From the NCBI GenBank assembly GCA_051382305.1, contig JBBCAV010000242.1:1-12448 (forward strand): a stretch of DNA of 12,448 nucleotides, given 5' to 3'. Below, piece by piece: positions 6,424-12,448 of this stretch. The notes beneath the pieces were generated by a model. The model was not told the origin of the DNA, made no database searches, and worked only from the letters and a program-made list of their open reading frames with translations. This stretch comes from Bdellovibrionota bacterium FG-2. Its GTDB lineage: Bacteria > Bdellovibrionota > UBA1018. How positions within the stretch are numbered: the stretch's first letter is position 1; the number at the start of each line of letters is the position of its first letter. The position numbers were made by a program, and so were the translations under genes.

Positions 6424-9243
6424 TTGATGAAACGACACCAGGATGGTCTCAATTACTTCGTCTTTGCCTTCTTCGTATTGACGGGGTGCTTTCTTGGGCT
6501 TCTGTCACATGCAGGGCCGCAAGATGGCGTGAGTATTCATACCCTTCGTTCACATAGCCGCATTGTTTTCCAAGTTGACCAAAATGTACCCCTTACCCTC
6601 AAAAAGTCCCCGGCAGGCTTCGAACTTTTTCTCAAGGGGATCGCGCTCTCGGATTTGGGCGCATCGCAGGGAAAAGAGGAAGAGTGGAAAGTCGCATTCA
6701 AGTCTCTTCCAGAGGTAAAGAATGATCCTCGAATTTCGGATCTGAAATTCGAGGAGAACAATGATGGAGTCACGGTTAAAGGATCGTGGAAGTTCCCCTC
6801 TGGTACGGAAACGCTTGCGAATCCGGTGATGGAGGTTTTTGATTACCGCGAGAAGAGTCTTCCTCATTATGTGATAGATTATTGGGTCAAGCCGGGGCCG
6901 ACGAAGGTTTCAGTCGAATTTGCTCAGCGACAAAAGGCCCGGGAAGAATCCTTGAAGCAAGCCGAAAGGGATGCTCAGAAAAAAGCTGTGCTTCGGAAAG
7001 AAGCTGGCCGCCTGAAGGCGGAGGCCGAAGATGTTCTGCGATATTGTAAATTGCCTCTCACCGAAGAAACGGACATCTTTTTGCCCTTTCATCCGACTCA
7101 CGTAAAAGTTGAGTTTACGAAGTGGATTTCGCTGACAACTCCGGATGAACATTTTCCCTACTACGAGCCAAAGTCCAAAGACCGAGAGGCGCAATATGTT
7201 CGCCTGGCTTTAAGTCTCTATCGTAAGGGAAACCCTGCGTTGGCGATTCGGGCTTTGGATTTCTTTGACGAAGAGTTCAAGGGTTCAAATTATCGTCATG
7301 AAATGCTTTTTCTGCGGGCCAATGCACTCATCAAATTGGGCTTTCCCGAAGCGGCATTAAAGATACTGAGCTCGCTTGTTGGGGACGCAAAGGGGTCCGC
7401 AGTTGCACTGCATTCCGGCATGTTTCTTTCTAGTAAACTCGTAGAAAAGGGATCCTATCTTCAGGCCCTAGAGAGCTTCTTGTGGCTTACTGAGCATTAT
7501 CCCAAGCACCGACTGGCTTGGGTGTTTCATCTGGGGGCCGCCGAGAGTCTGTTTGCACTCAAACAATCCGATCGCGCGCTAAAAGAATATCAATGGATTA
7601 TTGAGAATGCTCCGGAGCGCAAGAGTAAGGCAGAGGCAGCATTGCGAAAAGGGGATTTGTTCCTAGACCGTTTTCAGTATGAGCAAGCTTTGGCAGCCTA
7701 TTTTCAGGGGATTCATTATTTTCCAGAAGAAGCGAAACTGTTTCCCGCGATTTTTGTGAATCGTGCAGAAGCACTCTATGGGCTTGGGCAATATGAGCGG
7801 GCTCGAAAAGAATTTGAATTAGTTCTTGAGAAGTATTCTTCGTTCCCGGACTCTTGGAGAGCTTCGTTTCGTTTGGGCGAGATCCACGCCCGTATGTCCA
7901 GTGAAGGAAGTGCCGCGGTTGCCCGGAAATGGTTTTACGATACCATCAATCGCTTTCCTCAGAGCCCCGGGGCGACGCTGGCGCGGCTGCGTCTGATTCC
8001 GTGCGATGATCAAGGCGGTTTTGACGGCGAGACGATGGAACGATTCTTTTTTGAGGAAGCTGGAAAATTTGATTCCCATGGAGCCGTCGGCATGCGGCTT
8101 TTCCCAGCTTTCCGGGGCCTAGCGCACCTTCGCGGACTTATCACGATGGGCGAAAGTGAACTCGCCGTTGATACTGGCATTCGAGAGCTCGAAGCTCATC
8201 CTAGCGCCGAAGGGCGTCGAATGATGGGTGGAATTCTGAACCGAATCTTTAGAAAAACCATTCTCACCCTTATCGAAAACGGAAAGCGGTATGAGGCCTT
8301 AGCCTTCTATAATGAAAAATCAAAATCGATTCCGAATGGAAATTTCATTACGGAAACAGACTATCTTTTGAAGCTCTCTCAGACGGCGTCAGACTTAGGA
8401 CTTGCGGGTTTGGGCGAAGAACTCACTCGCGTTTATCAAAAGGCGCAATCCAGCGTTGATAGTTCTGGCCGCTCTCCAGCGTCGATTATGCGGGCGGGTG
8501 GCGAAGATATCGAAATGGGCTTTGATGGCTCAGAGAAGGCCTTTACGGAGGCGAAGGCGCGATGGATCAAAGGGGGCGCGAAGGAAGCCGAAAAGATTCG
8601 CGACCTTTTGTCAAAAGTTGTACCTGAGTCGCCCTTTTCCTTTCATGCGCAGGTTATTTTGACGTTACTCGCCGAAAAGGAGTCAAAAACGGATATCGCG
8701 CTTTCTCATTTGCTGAAAGCGAATGTTCTGATGCCCAAAAACCAAGACGATTCTCGTCTCAAATGTTGGCTTGCGTCTCTTCAGGGCCGGGCAGGCGATC
8801 GCTCGGTAGCCTTGGAGATTTATGTGGGAGTAGAAGAGAATCTGCAAAAGGAAAAGCGCCTCATGAAAGAAGGGGCAAGGAACCTGGCGTCGGCTTCTGC
8901 CGAAAGTCCTTCGGATGCTTTGCTGAGTGTGTTAGGGGCTCCGCCGTTGCCGTCGATCGAACAGGTGGTTGTTGCCCAAGCGGAAATTCAAGAGAAACAG
9001 GGCAAATGGGGCGAGGTTGCCCGGACTTATTCTCGAGCAGTCGAGAATGGCGTCGGTGAGAATCGGTTGAGCTATAATCTCGCACGGGCGTTGCTCAATA
9101 CGCGAGAGGCTACGAACTACGACAAAGCGATAAAGGCGCTCGAAGGAGTGGCTTCGAGTAAGACAAATGATTTTTGGAAGCGTTTGGCGCAACAAACTTT
9201 GGAAAATGAAAAGAACAAGAGGAACATACGAAGTTTCTTTTAG
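6424..9243 (+). CDS. Large exported tetratricopeptide-repeat protein associated with the flagellar operon
   Basis: Signal peptide or anchor (KRH...YFVFAFFVLTGCFLGLLSHA), an N-terminal beta-rich domain of about 125 aa, a charged coiled segment, then many TPR-like units (e.g. AEAALRKGDLFLDRFQYEQALAAY, NRAEALYGLGQYERARKEF, ASFRLGEIH). SD GAGGA at 6412-6416. Start is TTG 6424 or ATG 6427. Confidence 0.85.
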   Translation: MMKRHQDGLNYFVFAFFVLTGCFLGLLSHAGPQDGVSIHTLRSHSRIVFQVDQNVPLTLKKSPAGFELFLKGIALSDLGASQGKEEEWKVAFKSLPEVKNDPRISDLKFEENNDGVTVKGSWKFPSGTETLANPVMEVFDYREKSLPHYVIDYWVKPGPTKVSVEFAQRQKAREESLKQAERDAQKKAVLRKEAGRLKAEAEDVLRYCKLPLTEETDIFLPFHPTHVKVEFTKWISLTTPDEHFPYYEPKSKDREAQYVRLALSLYRKGNPALAIRALDFFDEEFKGSNYRHEMLFLRANALIKLGFPEAALKILSSLVGDAKGSAVALHSGMFLSSKLVEKGSYLQALESFLWLTEHYPKHRLAWVFHLGAAESLFALKQSDRALKEYQWIIENAPERKSKAEAALRKGDLFLDRFQYEQALAAYFQGIHYFPEEAKLFPAIFVNRAEALYGLGQYERARKEFELVLEKYSSFPDSWRASFRLGEIHARMSSEGSAAVARKWFYDTINRFPQSPGATLARLRLIPCDDQGGFDGETMERFFFEEAGKFDSHGAVGMRLFPAFRGLAHLRGLITMGESELAVDTGIRELEAHPSAEGRRMMGGILNRIFRKTILTLIENGKRYEALAFYNEKSKSIPNGNFITETDYLLKLSQTASDLGLAGLGEELTRVYQKAQSSVDSSGRSPASIMRAGGEDIEMGFDGSEKAFTEAKARWIKGGAKEAEKIRDLLSKVVPESPFSFHAQVILTLLAEKESKTDIALSHLLKANVLMPKNQDDSRLKCWLASLQGRAGDRSVALEIYVGVEENLQKEKRLMKEGARNLASASAESPSDALLSVLGAPPLPSIEQVVVAQAEIQEKQGKWGEVARTYSRAVENGVGENRLSYNLARALLNTREATNYDKAIKALEGVASSKTNDFWKRLAQQTLENEKNKRNIRSFF

Positions 9244-9275
9244 CATTGTAAGAAGACCCATGGAGGAGGGGAGAC

Positions 9276-10244
9276 ATGACGGACATTATTATTACGGCGG
9301 ATCGGCGGATGCGGGAAGTAATTCAGTTGGCCAAGACGGTGGCACAGAGCAAGGCCACCGTTCTCATTCAAGGGGAGAGTGGGACAGGTAAAGAGCTTGT
9401 GGCAAGTCTCATTCATGAGAATAGTACCCGCTCGAGTCGTCCATTTGTTGCGATCAATTGCGCGGCGATTCCTGAGAACCTTCTGGAGTCAGAGCTTTTT
9501 GGGTATGAACGTGGCGCCTTTACCGGGGCCGTCAGCAGCAAGGCTGGTAAGTTTGAGTTTGCCAATGGGGGAACGCTGCTTTTAGATGAAATATCAGAAA
9601 TGGATATTCGTCTTCAGGCTAAACTCTTAAGAGTCATTCAAGAAGGGGAAGTGGATCGAATTGGCGGAAGAAAACCAATTCCGGTGGATGTTCGGATTAT
9701 CGCCACGACCAATCGAAATCTCTCGGATTGCGTGAGAGAAGGTTTGTTTCGCGAAGATCTCTTCTATCGTCTCAATGTGGTGAACTTGACTCTCCCTCCT
9801 CTTCGGGAGCGTCTTGGCGATGTAAGAATTCTTTCTGATCATTTTCGCGATATTTCTTGCGAGAAAAACGCTAAGAAAATTCAAGGATTCTCAGAAGGCG
9901 CGATTTGTCTTTTGGAGTCCCATCAATGGCCTGGCAATATTCGAGAGCTCGAGAATGTGATTGCCCGTGCGGTGATTACGGCAGCAGGGGCGCTGGTGAG
10001 TGAGCAGGAGATCTTTATTGAGCGCCGTTTAGGGGCGGGGACGGAAGAGTTGCAGGGTGCGGATGCTTCGGCCCGAAGCTGGAATCCGGGCCAGACTCTG
10101 AATGATATCGAAAGATCAGTCATCTTGGAAGCCCTTCAGTATCATCAGAGCAACCGGACACACACGGCGCGAGCCTTAGGAATCTCGATTCGAACGCTGC
10201 GGAACAAGTTGGCGGACTATCGTAGACTCGGGATGAGGGTGTAA
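9276..10244 (+). CDS. Second sigma54-dependent enhancer-binding protein (FlrC/FleR-like AAA+ plus HTH), without a receiver domain
   Basis: [53 protein letters not shown] and HTH NRTHTARALGISIRTLRNKL. Strong SD GGAGG/GGAG at 9262-9273. The protein starts directly at the AAA+ domain (MTDIIITAD). Confidence 0.93.
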   Translation: MTDIIITADRRMREVIQLAKTVAQSKATVLIQGESGTGKELVASLIHENSTRSSRPFVAINCAAIPENLLESELFGYERGAFTGAVSSKAGKFEFANGGTLLLDEISEMDIRLQAKLLRVIQEGEVDRIGGRKPIPVDVRIIATTNRNLSDCVREGLFREDLFYRLNVVNLTLPPLRERLGDVRILSDHFRDISCEKNAKKIQGFSEGAICLLESHQWPGNIRELENVIARAVITAAGALVSEQEIFIERRLGAGTEELQGADASARSWNPGQTLNDIERSVILEALQYHQSNRTHTARALGISIRTLRNKLADYRRLGMRV

Positions 10245-10275
10245 AAAAGGGGGCGGTAAGTTTTGCCGAGAGTGA

Positions 10276-10291
10276 CGGTACGGCTTTTGAA
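10276..10291 (+). promoter_or_regulatory. Probable variant sigma54 promoter for flgB
   Basis: CGGTACGGCTTTTGAA: GG at 10277-10278, 10 nt, then GA in place of GC at 10289-10290, with TTG retained. About 33 nt before the flgB GTG. Confidence 0.55.
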
Positions 10292-10323
10292 GTGTACCAG
10301 ATGGGGAAACGGGGGGTGGACAA

Positions 10324-10743
10324 GTGGCGATAGACACCGGTTTTGATCCAATCATTGGAGCGCTCAATACGACAATGAATTTGCGCCTCATGAATCAAAA
10401 TGTCATTAGCGCGAATATCGCCAATGCCGATACTCCGGGCTACAAGGCCAAGGCGATGGAGTTTGAGTCGGCCCTGCGTGAAGCTTTGGGAACTTCGGAG
10501 AGGACTGCACCTGCGGTCACGCACCCCGGACACCGCGCTCCTGCCTCGACGGATCCGATTCAGCCCGAAATCTATGATGATCCCAATGGGGTGGAACAGC
10601 TCGATGGAAACACCGTGGATCGCGCGGCTGAAATGGCGAAGATGGTAGAAAACGAACTCATGTATAATGCGGCGGTCGAGCTCATGCGGAAGAAGCTCGG
10701 GCAGCTCAAGTATGCGGTGAGCGAAGGCGGAGGTAATCATTAA
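10324..10743 (+). CDS. flgB: Flagellar basal-body rod protein FlgB
   Basis: ISANIANADTPGYKAK and DGNTVDRAAEM motifs. GTG start behind a G-rich SD. TAATG overlap with flgC. Confidence 0.96.
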   Translation: MAIDTGFDPIIGALNTTMNLRLMNQNVISANIANADTPGYKAKAMEFESALREALGTSERTAPAVTHPGHRAPASTDPIQPEIYDDPNGVEQLDGNTVDRAAEMAKMVENELMYNAAVELMRKKLGQLKYAVSEGGGNH

Positions 10744-11180
10744 TGGACTTCTTCTCATCAATGCGAGTGAGTGCCAGTGGACTTGATGCTCAGATGAAAC
10801 GGATGAATACTATTACGAGCAATATTGCAAATGCGGAGACGACTCGTAGTCCTGAAGGGGGCCCTTATAAGCGAAGAGATCCCTTGCTGGCGGCGCATAC
10901 GGATCGGGAAAGTTTTGGGGAAGTTCTTCAGAACGCCATGGATGAAAACGTGCAGGGCGTGATGGTGGAGGATATCATCAAGGATTCAAGGCCTCCGCGA
11001 ATGGTCTATAAGCCCGAGCATCCAGATGCAAATCCCGAAGGGTATGTGGCGATGCCAAACGTAAATACCGTTGAAGAAATGGCCAATATGATCAGCGCCC
11101 AGCGCTCGTACGAAGCAAACGTGACGGCGATGAATGCGGCAAAGCAAATGGCTCAAAAGGGCTTAGAAATTGGCAGGTAG
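10743..11180 (+). CDS. flgC: Flagellar basal-body rod protein FlgC
   Basis: SASGLDAQMKRMNTITSNIANAET, GGPYKRR, YKPEHPDANPEGYVAMPNVN and AQRSYEANV. Confidence 0.98.
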   Translation: MDFFSSMRVSASGLDAQMKRMNTITSNIANAETTRSPEGGPYKRRDPLLAAHTDRESFGEVLQNAMDENVQGVMVEDIIKDSRPPRMVYKPEHPDANPEGYVAMPNVNTVEEMANMISAQRSYEANVTAMNAAKQMAQKGLEIGR

Positions 11181-11204
11181 ATTTTGTGAATCAAGGAGCG
11201 TGTT

Positions 11205-11558
11205 ATGAGTAATCTGGCAATTGAAGGGCTCAGTGGACGGACTCAAATCGGGGATGGTTTTTCGAGATTTCAGATCGAGAAACAACAGGGCGATTCAAAC
11301 TCCGGAGTATCTTCGGCATCAGATGCCAAGCATAACGCAAAAACATTTTCCGACATTCTCAAAAACTCCGTGGAGCAAGTGAATGAGCATCAGGTTCAGG
11401 CAGATACCGCTATGAAGGAACTCGTCTCCGGGCGTACGAAAAATGTCCACGAGACAATGCTGGCGGTTGAGAGGGCAGACGTCTCGCTTAAGCTTATGAT
11501 GCAAATTCGAAATAAAGTTTTAGACGCATATAAAGAAATTATGCGCATGCAGGTCTAG
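11205..11558 (+). CDS. fliE: Flagellar hook-basal body protein FliE
   Basis: C-terminal HETMLAVERADVSLKLMMQIRNKVLDAYKEIMRMQV. SD AAGGAG. Lies between flgC and fliF. Confidence 0.96.
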   Translation: MSNLAIEGLSGRTQIGDGFSRFQIEKQQGDSNSGVSSASDAKHNAKTFSDILKNSVEQVNEHQVQADTAMKELVSGRTKNVHETMLAVERADVSLKLMMQIRNKVLDAYKEIMRMQV

Positions 11559-11586
11559 TGGTCTTCTTCTTTAGGGGGTATAGAAA

Positions 11587-12448
11587 GTGAACGAGTATTT
11601 AAAGAAAGTCTTCAAGCATATTGCGGAGTTCTTCGGCTCTCTCACCATGATCCGAAAGGTAATTGTAATTGGGTTGATGGTCAGCCTTTTTGCAATTATT
11701 GGAGGGTTGTTTTTCTGGGCGGGAAACACCACCTTTCAGACTTTGATGACGAATCTTAACTCCGAAGATTCTGCCGCGATTATGCGAGTCCTGCGGGATA
11801 AGCATATTTCCTACCACGTCGATCCGACTGGAAAAAATATTTCTGTTCCTCCTGAGAGTCTCTATGAGTTGCGTTTAGAACTCGCGACCATGGGTTATCC
11901 CCAATCCGGGGTCGTCGGCTATGAGCTGTTTGATAAACAGACGCTGGGAACGACAAGTTTTGTTCAAAAAATCAATCAAAGGCGCGCACAAGAAGGAGAG
12001 CTTGTAAGGACCATTAATACGATTCGCGGAGTAAAGAGATCTCGTGTTCATCTTGCGATTCCTCAAAAAAGCCCCTTTGTCGAGGATCAAAAGAAGGCAA
12101 CCGCTTCGGTGGTTATCGATCTTGAACCTGGGACGGTCTTGGGAGAGAAGCAGGTTTATGGAATCGGAAACCTGGTCGCGCGTGCGATTGAGGGAATGGA
12201 TATCAACGACGTCGTGGTCGTTGATTCAAATGGAAAAGTGCTGTCGCGCAACTCTTCGGACCCTCTTGCCGCCGCTACGGCCACGCAACTCGATTATCAG
12301 CAGAAAGTCGAAAACGATGTTGAGAAGCGCGTAGAGGCCATGCTGTCGCGAGTGGTGGGCGATGGACATGTGGTTGCGAAAGTAACCGCGGATATTGACT
12401 TCTCTCAAGTAAACGAAACGCAGACGACTTACGACGCAGACGGCGCAA
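11587..12448 (+). CDS. fliF: Flagellar MS-ring protein FliF, 3'-truncated (not in the ORF track)
   Basis: Hand translation from GTG 11587 (SD AGGGGG at 11573-11578): MNEYLKKVFKHIAEFFGSL, TM segment VIVIGLMVSLFAIIGGLFFW, LRLELATMGYPQSGVVGYELFDKQTLGTTSFVQKINQRRAQEGELVRTI and RVHLAIPQKSPF..ATASV. The frame appears open to the window end. Confidence 0.96.
   Translation, partial: MNEYLKKVFKHIAEFFGSLTMIRKVIVIGLMVSLFAIIGGLFFWAGNTTFQTLMTNLNSEDSAAIMRVLRDKHISYHVDPTGKNISVPPESLYELRLELATMGYPQSGVVGYELFDKQTLGTTSFVQKINQRRAQEGELVRTINTIRGVKRSRVHLAIPQKSPFVEDQKKATASVVIDLEPGTVLGEKQVYGIGNLVARAIEGMDINDVVVVDSNGKVLSRNSSDPLAAATATQLDYQQKVENDVEKRVEAMLSRVVGDGHVVAKVTADIDFSQVNETQTTYDADGA

Overview
Bacterial chromosomal window with three modules. 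(1) The 3' end of a group 3d-type NAD-reducing [NiFe]-hydrogenase operon: hoxY (5'-truncated), hoxH and a HoxW-type maturation protease. (2) A 42-aa highly basic ORF, metK and a small two-helix membrane ORF. (3) The start of a sigma54-controlled flagellar cluster: a FleQ/FlrA-like activator, a convergent lipoprotein gene, a 939-aa exported TPR protein, a second activator, then flgB-flgC-fliE-fliF (fliF is 3'-truncated and absent from the ORF track). The gene order suggests a Bdellovibrionota or deltaproteobacterial-type organism (inference only). The most notable signal is a candidate regulatory circuit. Both activators lack an N-terminal sensory domain, and a pseudo-palindrome CGGCAA-N3-TTGCCG recurs in three promoter regions. 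One copy sits in the -35/-10 spacer of the first activator's sigma70 promoter, and others lie upstream of the sigma54 promoters of the TPR gene and flgB. Two copies share an exact 12 bp in inverted orientation. No mobile element, CRISPR array, rRNA or tRNA was seen.
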